This document shows, piece by piece, positions 9,729 through 19,896 of a stretch of 64,000 nucleotides of DNA; positions within the stretch are counted from its first letter, which is position 1; each line of letters starts with the position of its first letter. Source of the stretch: Candidatus Omnitrophota bacterium (lineage in GTDB: Bacteria; Omnitrophota; Gorgyraeia; B26-G9); contig JAHITY010000114.1 in the NCBI GenBank assembly GCA_018817165.1, positions 81,721-145,720 of the forward strand, read 5' to 3'. The notes under the pieces were generated by a model. The model saw nothing but the letters and a program-made list of their open reading frames with translations. It did no database searches and was not told the origin of the DNA. The translations under genes were made by a program, and so were the position numbers.

Positions 9729-11075
9729 ATGGGAAATCGGTTGATTTTGATACTAGGAGTATTAAGCCTTGTCTTTTTAGTTATTATAGTTAGTTCGCAT
9801 AGCCTTTACCATTATCATCACAGTGTCAGGGATCAAAAGGAAAAAGGCTGGGTTCTTGCCAATACGATTGCTAAATCTTTGGACTTACCGATGCTTGAAG
9901 GCGAAATGACTACTGTTCAGGAAATGTTGGTTACAGTGGGTGAGCTGGAGCATTTAAGACGAATTCATCTTACTGATTCAGCGGGAATCATCCGCTATAG
10001 TTCTGACCCTACCAGAATAAATACTGCTACTGGATCTGATGTTATTAAGCAAGTTTTAGTGAATAAGGTGGAAGTCGATGCTTTTGAGCAAAGAGGCGAT
10101 GATTATATTTTTTCTTTAGCCTTGCCGATATTCAATGAAAAACGCTGTCAGCCTTGTCATGGTGATACAAAAGATTTATTGGGTGTTTTGCGTGTAGGTA
10201 TGGATTGGGTTCCGATCAGAAAAAATTTAATGACTGTTCTTCGGCGGGATGTCATCGTTTCAGTGATTTTTTTTGTGTTTATTGTGGTTATCTCGATTCT
10301 ATTCCAAAGACTGTATAATAATGCGCAGCAGGCATATGTCCATTTGCAGCAGACTCAGCAGCAATTAATAAAAACCGAAAAAATGGCGGCGATTGGCCAG
10401 ATGGCCGCGGCAATCAGTCATGATCTGCGCAATCCTTTGACTGGGATAAAGATGGCCACCTATTATCTGGGCAGTAAAATCGACAAGTCTGAGGTTGAAA
10501 TAAACAGTATTCTTCAGGATATTGAGTTAGAAATCGATTATGCGAGCAATGTTGTAACCAATATCCTAACCTATTCTCGGCCGACCGAGCTTATTTATAC
10601 TATGTCTAATATAAATAAGATAATTGAAGATACAATGCATTTTGTTAATCTTAAAAATCGGGATGAAGGTATTGAACTGATTAAAGAATATGATAATAAT
10701 ATTCCGGAAATTTTATTGGATAATAAGAAAATAAAACAAGTTATTGTTAATTTATTATCTAATTCCATGCAGGCAATGCCTAATGGCGGACAGTTAAAAA
10801 TCTCCACTAAACTAAATCCGGACAATGTCCAGATCAGTATTTCTGATACTGGCAAGGGGATTGAAAAGAGTGTTCAGGAAAGAATTTTCACTCCATTTTT
10901 CACTACAAAGGCCAGAGGGGTTGGTCTGGGGCTTTCGATTGTAAATAATATTGTTCAGAAACATGGGGGTAAAACTGAAGTAATTAGCGAAATCGATAAG
11001 GGCACAGTGTTTATTGTTACTTTGCCTATCTCTAAACAAAGAGATATCATTCAAGAGGATGATCAAGATGGCTGA
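9729..11075 (+). CDS. Membrane sensor histidine kinase with extracytoplasmic CxxCH motif
   Basis: Two TM segments, CQPCH between them, H-box ISHDLRNPL, N/G1/F/G2 boxes (NLLSNS, DTGKG, FFTTK, GVGLGL). Confidence 0.9.
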   Translation: MGNRLILILGVLSLVFLVIIVSSHSLYHYHHSVRDQKEKGWVLANTIAKSLDLPMLEGEMTTVQEMLVTVGELEHLRRIHLTDSAGIIRYSSDPTRINTATGSDVIKQVLVNKVEVDAFEQRGDDYIFSLALPIFNEKRCQPCHGDTKDLLGVLRVGMDWVPIRKNLMTVLRRDVIVSVIFFVFIVVISILFQRLYNNAQQAYVHLQQTQQQLIKTEKMAAIGQMAAAISHDLRNPLTGIKMATYYLGSKIDKSEVEINSILQDIELEIDYASNVVTNILTYSRPTELIYTMSNINKIIEDTMHFVNLKNRDEGIELIKEYDNNIPEILLDNKKIKQVIVNLLSNSMQAMPNGGQLKISTKLNPDNVQISISDTGKGIEKSVQERIFTPFFTTKARGVGLGLSIVNNIVQKHGGKTEVISEIDKGTVFIVTLPISKQRDIIQEDDQDG

Positions 11076-11946
11076 GTATAAAAAACTCTTAAAGATAATT
11101 CAACAAGCCGAAGATAAGGATACTTTTATTAAGCAGCTTGTTGAGGCTGTAGATATAGAAGATCAGCAACAGCAGCAGGAAATTATTCGGCAGTTAGACT
11201 TGAAATTAAGTGAGCTAAAGCAAAATCAGCCGGAACAAAATGAATCTACGCTCCGGCAAATGCATTCAGCTCGACTTAGCGCGATGGGGCAAATGGCGGC
11301 GGCAATTAGTCATGAATTAAGAAATCCCCTGAGCGGGATTAAAGTCGCCGCGGAATATCTAATGCGTAAATTAAAGAACCATCCGGACGCGGTAGATATT
11401 ATTATTAATATCCAGAATGAAGTTATTTTTGCTAATAATATTATTACTAATATTCTGGAACACGCGCGGATCGGCAAGCCTGATCCGGAAAGAGTAAACA
11501 TAAAAAGAATAATTGAAGAAGCGATAATAACGATTGCTCAGCAGGGATCATTTAATAATATTGAAATCAAAAAAAATATTTCTAGCTCTTTACCTGATTT
11601 AGACTTGGATATTTTGCAAATAAAACAAGTTTTTATGAATGTATTTATTAATGCTGCGGAAGCAATGGTCGGCGGTGGATTATTAACAATCAATGTCTTG
11701 ACTCAGGGGAGTATGGTTATTGTCGAGATTTCTGACACTGGTCTAGGAATTGAAAAGAACAATTTGGATAAATTGTTTGAGCCGTTTTTTACAACTAAAG
11801 TTAAAGGCGTTGGGCTGGGCTTGGCAATTTGCAAAGAAATAATTGAAAACCACTGTGGCAAAATTGATCTGGAAAGCAAGCCGGGTAAGGGAACGAAGTT
11901 TACCATATCCTTGCCCATCGTTCAGGATTGTCTGCAGAAAAATTAG
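11068..11946 (+). CDS. Cytoplasmic histidine kinase with short helical N-terminus
   Basis: ISHELRNPL, NAAEA, DTGLG, FFTTK, GVGLGL; ATG 11068 with GAGGA RBS overlaps the upstream stop. Confidence 0.9.
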   Translation: MAEYKKLLKIIQQAEDKDTFIKQLVEAVDIEDQQQQQEIIRQLDLKLSELKQNQPEQNESTLRQMHSARLSAMGQMAAAISHELRNPLSGIKVAAEYLMRKLKNHPDAVDIIINIQNEVIFANNIITNILEHARIGKPDPERVNIKRIIEEAIITIAQQGSFNNIEIKKNISSSLPDLDLDILQIKQVFMNVFINAAEAMVGGGLLTINVLTQGSMVIVEISDTGLGIEKNNLDKLFEPFFTTKVKGVGLGLAICKEIIENHCGKIDLESKPGKGTKFTISLPIVQDCLQKN

Positions 11947-11993
11947 AGCTCTAATTAGCGGTTATCGGGTTTATTGAGAGAGTAAGGACATTA

Positions 11994-12380
11994 TTGATTA
12001 TGAGTAAAAAAAACTTTTCTGTATTAGTTGTCGATGATGAGCCCGTTCTTAGGGAAACAGTCAAAAGGATTCTGTTTGATGAAGGTTTTAATGTTTTTGT
12101 TGCCGCGGATGGGAAGTCAGCGATTGAGGTTGCCAAAAATCAGGATTTAGACGCGGCGCTTTTAGATATTAAACTTCCTGATATTAACGGCGTGGAGGTT
12201 TTTGAAAGGATAAAAGTATTGAGGCCGAATCTCAAAGCGGTTATTATGACTGCTTTTGAAATAAAGGAATTGGTTAATCGCGCTTTTGAATTGGGCGCTT
12301 TTGCTTGTTTACATAAGCCTTTTGATATTAAAAAATTATTACATATTTTAAATGAAATTAAACGGGAAAATGAACAATAA
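11994..12380 (+). CDS. Single-domain response regulator (REC)
   Basis: VVDDE, LLDIKLPD, MTA, KPF; real start is probably ATG 12000. Confidence 0.9.
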   Translation: MIMSKKNFSVLVVDDEPVLRETVKRILFDEGFNVFVAADGKSAIEVAKNQDLDAALLDIKLPDINGVEVFERIKVLRPNLKAVIMTAFEIKELVNRAFELGAFACLHKPFDIKKLLHILNEIKRENEQ

Positions 12381-13803
12381 TTCTGAAAAATCCAAAATTC
12401 TGCTGGTTGATGATGAGCCGGTAATCAGAGAAACTTTATGCTCGATCTTAAAAGATGATGGGTATATTGTTTTAACTGCCGATAGTGGCGCGAAAGCGAT
12501 TGCTTTAGGTGAACAAGGTGATTTTGATGTAGCGATTATTGATTTAAAATTACCGGATACGGAAGGCACTGTTGTCCTGCATAATATTAAGAAAACCAAT
12601 CCCGCGATATGCGCTATTTTAATTACGGCTTATCCGACCACTGAATCAGCGATCCGGGCTATTCAAGAAGAAGCTTATGAATATATCACCAAACCGTTTG
12701 ATATCGGACATGTAAAACTGGTGATCAAGCGCGGATTGGAAGAAAGAAAACTGGAATTTGAAAATAAACGGCTTTTAAGTAATTTAAAAAAAGAAAAATC
12801 AAAACTTGAGACAATGCTTCAGCTTGGACACGCGATGAGTTCAATTCTGAATCTTGATGAATTAAGCGAGTTTATTGTCAATAAAATAACAGCTGTTTTA
12901 AACGCGAAAATCTGTTCATTGATGTTGATTGATCATGAGGATGAAACTTTGGTAATTAAGGCCGCGGTCGGGTTGGATGAGGCGATTATAAAAACAACTC
13001 GGATTAAACTCGGTCAATCGATCAGCGGCTGGGTCGCGCAGCAGGGCGAGCCGGTTTTAATTTCGAATATTGAAGATGATATTCAGTTTGGCCGAACGAA
13101 TCTGCCGAAATATGAAACAAAATCATTGCTCTGTATCCCCTTGAAAGTGAAAGATAATATTTTGGGAGTAATAAATGTCGCTGATAAAACTATTGCTGAA
13201 CAGGAAAATATTTTCACTGAAGAAGATATGCACTTTTTGGCAATAATCTGTAATTACGCGGCAATTGCTTTGGAAAACGCGTTATTGTATGGAGAAGTCA
13301 GAAAGCTCGCGATCACTGACGGTTTGACCAACTTGTATAATCACCGTTATTTTCAGACAAATATAAATTCTGAAGTGATCAGGGTTATGCGTTATCCCCG
13401 GCCTTTGTCTTTGATAATGTTTGACATTGATTTTTTTAAGAACTTTAATGATTCCTATGGGCATCCAATGGGCGATATTGTTTTAACTGAAATTGCTAAA
13501 GTAATTAAAAAAAATGTGCGCAAAGTTGATATCGCTTGTCGTTATGGCGGTGAAGAATTCGCGGTTATTCTGCCGGAAACAAAAATTAAAGAGGCGATAT
13601 TGGTTGCCGAGAAGATTAGGACTACTGTGGAAAATCTACGTTTTAATACTGGCAAGGGGACGAAGAAAGAAAAGATGACTCTCAGCGGAGGAGTTGCTCA
13701 GTTTAAATCAGGAATGACAAAAGTTGATTTTGTTCGCAGCGCGGATGATTCGCTTTATAAAGCGAAAACCGAGGGGAAGAACAAAATTTGTGTCCATTCT
13801 TGA
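12370..13803 (+). CDS. REC-GAF-GGDEF diguanylate cyclase
   Basis: REC (LVDDE, IDLKLPD, KPF), GAF, TDGLT, DIDFFK, RKVD I-site and GGEEF active site. Confidence 0.93.
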   Translation: MNNNSEKSKILLVDDEPVIRETLCSILKDDGYIVLTADSGAKAIALGEQGDFDVAIIDLKLPDTEGTVVLHNIKKTNPAICAILITAYPTTESAIRAIQEEAYEYITKPFDIGHVKLVIKRGLEERKLEFENKRLLSNLKKEKSKLETMLQLGHAMSSILNLDELSEFIVNKITAVLNAKICSLMLIDHEDETLVIKAAVGLDEAIIKTTRIKLGQSISGWVAQQGEPVLISNIEDDIQFGRTNLPKYETKSLLCIPLKVKDNILGVINVADKTIAEQENIFTEEDMHFLAIICNYAAIALENALLYGEVRKLAITDGLTNLYNHRYFQTNINSEVIRVMRYPRPLSLIMFDIDFFKNFNDSYGHPMGDIVLTEIAKVIKKNVRKVDIACRYGGEEFAVILPETKIKEAILVAEKIRTTVENLRFNTGKGTKKEKMTLSGGVAQFKSGMTKVDFVRSADDSLYKAKTEGKNKICVHS

Positions 13804-13861
13804 ATATCCAGCCGAGCTGATTTAAGCTAATCAATCACAAATATGATTCAAAAATTATCCT

Positions 13862-14575
13862 ATGAATTTAAAACAACGAATAGAGTTAATAAAAAATGAA
13901 ATTAATCAGGCTGTTATTTGTTCTCAAACCAGTGCGGATAAAGCGCGGATTGTTTGTGTGACAAAATATGCTAAAATTGAAGATGTTATTGATATTATTA
14001 AATTAGGTTATTATGATATCGCTGAGAATTATCTCCAGGAAGTAAATCGGAAAATGCCGCTGCTAAAACAGGCTTTATCCCCAGAGCAGTTTTCCCTGAT
14101 TAACTGGCATTTTATTGGACATCTTCAGAGGAATAAAGCAGAGGCAGTGATTGATTTTTCCCAGCTTATTCAATCAGTGGATAGTTTACGGCTGGCACAG
14201 CGGATTAATCAAATCGCCGCGAAACTAAATAGAAAAGTGAATATTCTTGTTCAGGTAAATATATCCGCGGAAGAGTCAAAATTTGGAATCGGTTTTTCCG
14301 ATGCTGAAAAATTGTTTTTCGAGATTTTAAAACTTGAGAATATAAATATACAGGGAGTAATGGGCATTGGACCACTGGTTGCGGATCCGGAAGATTCTCG
14401 GCCGGGATTTAAACAGCTTAAAATTTTTTATGATAAAATAAATCAGGCTTTATCGATCACTGAATATCCGCTTATGTCGGTTTTATCCATGGGCATGAGC
14501 AGTGATTATATAGTTGCTTTGCAGGAAGGCTCAACAATGGTTCGAATCGGCAGTGCTATTTTTAAAGGAGAATAA
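13862..14575 (+). CDS. yggS: PLP homeostasis protein YggS
   Basis: VTK, HFIGHLQRNK, SMGMSSDY, RIGSAIF. Confidence 0.94.
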   Translation: MNLKQRIELIKNEINQAVICSQTSADKARIVCVTKYAKIEDVIDIIKLGYYDIAENYLQEVNRKMPLLKQALSPEQFSLINWHFIGHLQRNKAEAVIDFSQLIQSVDSLRLAQRINQIAAKLNRKVNILVQVNISAEESKFGIGFSDAEKLFFEILKLENINIQGVMGIGPLVADPEDSRPGFKQLKIFYDKINQALSITEYPLMSVLSMGMSSDYIVALQEGSTMVRIGSAIFKGE

Positions 14576-14580
14576 AAACC

Positions 14581-15378
14581 ATGGTTAAACTGAAAATCGG
14601 CTTGATCGGCGCGGGTAATATGGGGCAGGCAATTATCCAGGGACTTATTGCTGAGAAATCTTATGAGATTTGGATATATGAAAAAGATGAAAGCCGGGCA
14701 AATCTGATAAACCGTAAATATAAATTACAAAAAAAGAAATTAGAACAATTGACAAATGACTCTAATATTATTATTATTTGTGTTAAACCTCAGATCATTG
14801 ATCAGGTTCTTGGTTTGATCAAAAATCAATTAAAGCCCAATCAATTGCTTGTCAGTATCGCGGCGGGAATAAATACCGGGCATATTGAACAGCAGTTGGC
14901 TGAAAAGATTCCGGTCATCAGGGTTATGCCGAATATGCCGGCTTTAATTGGTCAGGGTATTTCCGGGTTTTGTTTGGGCAAATACGCCCGGACAATGCAT
15001 GTAAACCAAGTAATAAAGATATTTTCGGCTGTAGGCAAAACCCTGGCTATTGACGAGTCAAAAATGGATTTGTTTACTGCTGTGGCGGGAAGCGGTCCGG
15101 GATTTATTGCTTATATTACGGATTGTTTGATCAAAGCGGCGGTTAAAGCCGGCTTGGATAAAAAATCAGCAAAGTCTTTGTGTATCAAGACTTTACAGGG
15201 AACAATCAATTTAATTGATCAAACCGGCATCGAGCCCAAAGAATTGGCAAAAAAAGTTGCCTCTAAAGGCGGAACAACTGAAGCGGGTTTAAAGGTTTTA
15301 AAAGCAAAACAAACTGCGGCAATTATTGAACAAACTATAAAAGCCGCGGCTAAAAGAGCAAAGGAGTTAAGTCGATAA
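14581..15378 (+). CDS. proC: Pyrroline-5-carboxylate reductase
   Basis: GAGNMG, VKP, SIAAG, RVMPN, GSGPG, SKGGTT. Confidence 0.95.
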   Translation: MVKLKIGLIGAGNMGQAIIQGLIAEKSYEIWIYEKDESRANLINRKYKLQKKKLEQLTNDSNIIIICVKPQIIDQVLGLIKNQLKPNQLLVSIAAGINTGHIEQQLAEKIPVIRVMPNMPALIGQGISGFCLGKYARTMHVNQVIKIFSAVGKTLAIDESKMDLFTAVAGSGPGFIAYITDCLIKAAVKAGLDKKSAKSLCIKTLQGTINLIDQTGIEPKELAKKVASKGGTTEAGLKVLKAKQTAAIIEQTIKAAAKRAKELSR

Positions 15379-15383
15379 ATATT

Positions 15384-18221
15384 ATGGAAAATGAATTTGA
15401 CTATAAGCAAACAGTTAATTTGCCGCAAACCGAATTCTCAATGAAGGCAAATCTTCCTAACAAAGAGCCATTGTTGATTGAAAAATGGAATAAGCTGGAT
15501 ATTTATAATAAAATTATTGAGCAGAATAAAAACAAACCGCGGTATATCCTGCATGATGGTCCGCCATATGCTAATGGCAATATTCATATTGGACATGCTT
15601 TAAATAAAATCTTAAAAGACATTATTCTTAAATATAAGACCTTAAGTGGTTTTTCTACTCCATATATTCCGGGTTGGGATTGTCATGGTTTGCCGATTGA
15701 GCATCAATTGTTTAAAAATCTTGGTAAAAGTAAAGATGAAGTCGGCCAAATTGAATTTCGCGAAAAAGCGCATGATTTCGCGATGAAATATGTGGATATT
15801 CAAAAAGATGAATTTAAGCGCTTGGGAGTTTTTGCTGATTGGGATAATCCTTATATAACCTTGCTGCCGGAATATGAAGCTGGGATAATTCGTTCTTTTG
15901 GTAAGCTGGTGGGTAAGGGGTATATTTATAAAGGCAATAAGCCGATAAACTGGTGCTGCGGCTGTGAAACTGCTTTGGCGGAAGCGGAAGTAGAATATGA
16001 TAATCATGTATCGCCTTCGGTTTACGTAAAATTTCCGATTAAGCAAATTAAAAATATTCCGAATAATGAAAATTTTAACAATGATAAAGTGTTTATTCTG
16101 ATCTGGACAACAACGCCTTGGACGCTGATGGGCAATGTTGCTTGCGCGGTTCATCCTGATTTTACTTATGTGCAGTTAAAAGTAAATAACCAGATATTGA
16201 TTATGGAAAAACAGCTGTCATCCTTTGTTATGGAAAAAGCCGGCATAGCTGATTATACAATCATTGGCCAATGCAGGGGGGTGGAGCTGGAAAATATTGA
16301 GTATGAGCATCCTTTTGGTTTGCGTACAGGTAGAGTTGTGCTAGCGGATTATGTTTCCGCGGAAGACGGTTCAGGCGTGGTACATACTGCTCCTGGCTAT
16401 GGCGCGGAAGACTTTCTTACTGGTAAGCGCTATGATCTTGATGTATTAATGCAGGTTGATGATCGAGGCCATTTTTTTGCTAATATTCCAGAGGTCGGAG
16501 GAATGTTTACTTTAAAAGCCAGTAAGTATATTACGGAAAAGTTAAAGGAAAGAGGACTGCTTTTATTTGGCGGAACAATCGAACATTCTTATCCGCATTG
16601 CTGGCGCTGTAAAAAGCCGATAATTTACCGGGCAACTGATCAATGGTTTATGCGGATTGATCATAAAGATTTGCGTGATAATATCCTTAAAGAAATTAAA
16701 AATGTATCTTGGGTGCCGCATTTTGGCGAGAATCGAATTACTAGTATGGTGGAAAACCGGCCGGACTGGTGTCTTTCCCGCCAAAGATTATGGGGTGTGC
16801 CGATTCCGGTTTTTTATTGCCAGAAATGCAATACTCCGGTTTTGGATGAAAAGGTTATTGAAAATTTTGCTAAAATCGTGGAAAAAGAAGGAACCAATGC
16901 TTGGTTCAAGAAAGAGGCAGCTGAGCTATTGCCGCAGGGATATGTTTGTGCTGATTGCGGACATAAAAAGTTTAATAAAGAAAAAGATATTCTCGATGTT
17001 TGGTTTGACTCTGGAGTCAGTCATCAGTCGGTTTTAAGACAAAGAAAGAATTTGGCTTATCCCGCGGATTTATATCTCGAGGGTTCTGATCAGCACAGGG
17101 GTTGGTTTCAGGCGGCATTTATCACTGGAATGGCAATTGAAACTAAAGCGCCGTTTAAGCAGGTTTTAACTCATGGGTTTATTGTGGACGGTGAAGGTAA
17201 AAAAATGTCCAAATCTCGGGGCAATGTTATTGCTCCCCAGAAAGTTATTGATAAATTGGGAGCAGATGTTTTGCGTTTGTGCATTGCTTCTTCGGATTAT
17301 AATGATGATGTCAGAATGTCCCAGGAAAGTATTGATCGAGTAAGCGAGAGTTATCGCAAAATCAGAAATACTTTAAAGTTTACTTTGGGAAATCTTTTTG
17401 ACTATGACCCGGATAAGGATGCGGTTGCTTATGACCAATTATGGGAAATAGATCGCTGGGCGCTTTCAGTTTTGCATTATTTATTGAAACAGGTCACAGT
17501 TGCTTATGATAATTTTATTTTTCATCAAGCCGTTAAGCTGATTTATAATTTTTGCGTTGTTGAAATGAGCTCATTTTATTTGGATGTTTTAAAAGACAGA
17601 TTATATACTTCAGGCGCTAAATCAATAGAGCGCAGATCAGCGCAAACTGTTTTATTTGAGATATTAACCGTATTAACTAAAATTATTTCTCCGATTTTAT
17701 CGTTTACTGCTGAGGAAACCAATGATTTTATTCCGCAGAAAAAGCAGGAGAGTATTTTCTTAAGTAATTGGCCTCAAGTGAATAAAGATTATATTGATGG
17801 CGGATTAAACAGTACCTGGCGTTTATTGTTCAATATTCGTAATTGCGTGTTAAAAGCCTTAGAGCAGGCTCGCGGCGAAAAACTGATTGGCAATAGTTTG
17901 CAGGCTCAAGTGACAATTTGCGCTACAAACAGCGAGGGGATTATTGCTCAGACAATAAATAAGTATAAAGATGAGCTGGCAGCGATATTTATAGTCTCTG
18001 ATGTGCAGATAAACTTGAGTGTTGACAGTCTAGACGCGGAAGTATATAATATTGAATTTGTAAAGAATAATACGGTTGTAGAAAACGGTAAGTTTAATAT
18101 TAAAATTACCAAAGCCAGTGGGGATAAATGTATTCGTTGTTGGAATTATAGCCAGAGTGTGGGACAGAATAAACAGCATGCCCAAATTTGTCAGCGTTGT
18201 ATTGCGGCTATTACAATTTAA
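15384..18221 (+). CDS. ileS: Isoleucine--tRNA ligase (bacterial IleRS1 type)
   Basis: HDGPPYANG.IHIGH, GWDCHGLP, WTTTPWT, KMSKS, C-terminal CIRCW...CQRC zinc motif. Confidence 0.97.
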   Translation: MENEFDYKQTVNLPQTEFSMKANLPNKEPLLIEKWNKLDIYNKIIEQNKNKPRYILHDGPPYANGNIHIGHALNKILKDIILKYKTLSGFSTPYIPGWDCHGLPIEHQLFKNLGKSKDEVGQIEFREKAHDFAMKYVDIQKDEFKRLGVFADWDNPYITLLPEYEAGIIRSFGKLVGKGYIYKGNKPINWCCGCETALAEAEVEYDNHVSPSVYVKFPIKQIKNIPNNENFNNDKVFILIWTTTPWTLMGNVACAVHPDFTYVQLKVNNQILIMEKQLSSFVMEKAGIADYTIIGQCRGVELENIEYEHPFGLRTGRVVLADYVSAEDGSGVVHTAPGYGAEDFLTGKRYDLDVLMQVDDRGHFFANIPEVGGMFTLKASKYITEKLKERGLLLFGGTIEHSYPHCWRCKKPIIYRATDQWFMRIDHKDLRDNILKEIKNVSWVPHFGENRITSMVENRPDWCLSRQRLWGVPIPVFYCQKCNTPVLDEKVIENFAKIVEKEGTNAWFKKEAAELLPQGYVCADCGHKKFNKEKDILDVWFDSGVSHQSVLRQRKNLAYPADLYLEGSDQHRGWFQAAFITGMAIETKAPFKQVLTHGFIVDGEGKKMSKSRGNVIAPQKVIDKLGADVLRLCIASSDYNDDVRMSQESIDRVSESYRKIRNTLKFTLGNLFDYDPDKDAVAYDQLWEIDRWALSVLHYLLKQVTVAYDNFIFHQAVKLIYNFCVVEMSSFYLDVLKDRLYTSGAKSIERRSAQTVLFEILTVLTKIISPILSFTAEETNDFIPQKKQESIFLSNWPQVNKDYIDGGLNSTWRLLFNIRNCVLKALEQARGEKLIGNSLQAQVTICATNSEGIIAQTINKYKDELAAIFIVSDVQINLSVDSLDAEVYNIEFVKNNTVVENGKFNIKITKASGDKCIRCWNYSQSVGQNKQHAQICQRCIAAITI

Positions 18222-18287
18222 TTTATTTGTATAATTCAAGATTGATGATCAATTTAGCAGTTGAAATTATAGGATGATATTTCAGCC

Positions 18288-18692
18288 GTGGCGAAAGGAG
18301 CAATCGTAGTGGATAAAAAGGATGCTGGTGAATTTAAAAAAAGACTTGTTGATTTAAGAACTAAAATCTCCGATGAAATACGGCAAATCGGCGGAGGTAC
18401 CCTTAAACAATCACAAAGGGATGCTAGTGGAGATTTGTCCGCGTATACTTTTCATATGGCTGATGTAGCTAGTGATAGTTTTGAACGGGAACGTTCTTGG
18501 GATAGAGCTAGTGTTGAACAAAAAGTATTGTTCAGCATCGACGATGCCTTGAAAAAAATTGACGATGGAATATATGGTCAATGTGAAGGTTGCGAGAAAA
18601 AAATCAATAAAGAAAGACTTAAAGCTATCCCGTACGCGAAGTTTTGTCGTAGTTGCAAAGAAGGTTTTGAAAAAAGTAATAAAACAATTTAA
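18288..18692 (+). CDS. TraR/DksA-family C4 zinc-finger regulator
   Basis: HMADVASD coiled-coil tip, YGQCEGC...RLKAIPYAKFCRSC; start may be GTG 18309. Confidence 0.88.
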   Translation: MAKGAIVVDKKDAGEFKKRLVDLRTKISDEIRQIGGGTLKQSQRDASGDLSAYTFHMADVASDSFERERSWDRASVEQKVLFSIDDALKKIDDGIYGQCEGCEKKINKERLKAIPYAKFCRSCKEGFEKSNKTI

Positions 18693-18703
18693 GAACCTTT
18701 CTG

Positions 18704-19159
18704 ATGAGTAAAATATTCTTCATTGTTTTCTTAATTTTCTTTGATCAAGTTTCTAAATTAGCTGTATTAAAAAGGCTGCATCAGAACGATAGTATTCCGG
18801 TTATTAGTAATATTTTTCATATAACCCTGGTCTATAATACTGGTTCTGCTTTTGGCGCTTTTCGTGAGCATAATTGGTTATTATCCTACATTTCGGTATT
18901 CGCGATAATCATGATTCTTTATATGCTTGTGCGCAGACCGAGGTTCTCGTCTAATATATATATGCATTTATGGCAATGGGCTTTATTGTTTATTTTATGC
19001 GGCGCTACGGGAAATCTTATCGACAGGGTAAGGCTGGGCTATGTTGTTGATTTTCTTGACTTCCGCTTTTGGCCTGTTTTTAATCTGGCGGATTCTTTTA
19101 TTACTTGCGGAGTTTTTGTGCTTTTATTTTTGCTGTTTAATAAAAAAGCGATTGAATAA
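18704..19159 (+). CDS. lspA: Lipoprotein signal peptidase II
   Basis: DQVSK, NTGSAFG, GNLIDRV, VVDF, FNLAD. Confidence 0.95.
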   Translation: MSKIFFIVFLIFFDQVSKLAVLKRLHQNDSIPVISNIFHITLVYNTGSAFGAFREHNWLLSYISVFAIIMILYMLVRRPRFSSNIYMHLWQWALLFILCGATGNLIDRVRLGYVVDFLDFRFWPVFNLADSFITCGVFVLLFLLFNKKAIE

Positions 19160-19161
19160 TT

Positions 19162-19896
19162 ATGCACCCCATTCTTTTTTCCTTTTTTAGGATACATATC
19201 TATTCTTATGGTTTAATGGTAGCTTTGGGAATTGTTCTGGCGGTTTATTTGATTGAACGTGATGCTATAAAGAATAATTTACCTAAAGATGCGATCGTTG
19301 ATCTGATTTTTTGGGTTATAATTTGGGGATTGGTTGGGGCAAGATTGTTTTATGTATTGCTTTATCCTGATGTATATCTGCATTCTCCTCAGGATATTCT
19401 AAAAATATACCAAGGCGGGTTGGTGTTTCACGGCAGTCTGATCTTTGGTTCAATAGCGGCGTTTATAAATTTTAAAGCCAAAAAACTTCCGGTATTAAAA
19501 ACCTTGGATCTGTTAATGCTTTATCTGCCGCTGGCGCATGCTTTTGGCCGGATTGGTTGTTTTTTTAATGGATGTTGTTATGGTAAAGTAACTGATTTAG
19601 CCTGGGGGATTATATTTCCAGGGCAGATCCAAGCTGTTCACCCTACTCAGCTTTATTCCGCTTTTTTGTTATTGATCCTTTTTTGGGGATTGTTTTTAGT
19701 GCGGCAAAAACAAGTATTTGCTGGTCAGATATTCTGTTTATATCTGATTTTTTATGGACTGATCAGGTTTTTTATTGAATTTGTCCGGGATAATCCGATT
19801 TTTGCTTGGGGCATGAGTATTTATCAATATATAAGCTTAATTTTGATATGCGCGGGTATTTTCGGCTATATTAGGCTAAAGAAAGCAAAGCAATGA
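19162..19896 (+). CDS. lgt: Prolipoprotein diacylglyceryl transferase
   Basis: GARLFYV, GGLVFHG, GRIGCFFNGCCYG, HPTQLY, RFFIEFVR. Confidence 0.95.
   Translation: MHPILFSFFRIHIYSYGLMVALGIVLAVYLIERDAIKNNLPKDAIVDLIFWVIIWGLVGARLFYVLLYPDVYLHSPQDILKIYQGGLVFHGSLIFGSIAAFINFKAKKLPVLKTLDLLMLYLPLAHAFGRIGCFFNGCCYGKVTDLAWGIIFPGQIQAVHPTQLYSAFLLLILFWGLFLVRQKQVFAGQIFCLYLIFYGLIRFFIEFVRDNPIFAWGMSIYQYISLILICAGIFGYIRLKKAKQ

Noticed and set aside
15379-15384. T-box leader for ileS
   Set aside because: Only 5 nt separate proC and ileS, so there is no room
1459-18239. Antisense or alternate-frame ORFs inside housekeeping genes (e.g. 1459-1875, 15642-16154, 16657-17037)
   Set aside because: They fully overlap well-supported genes and have no recognisable motifs
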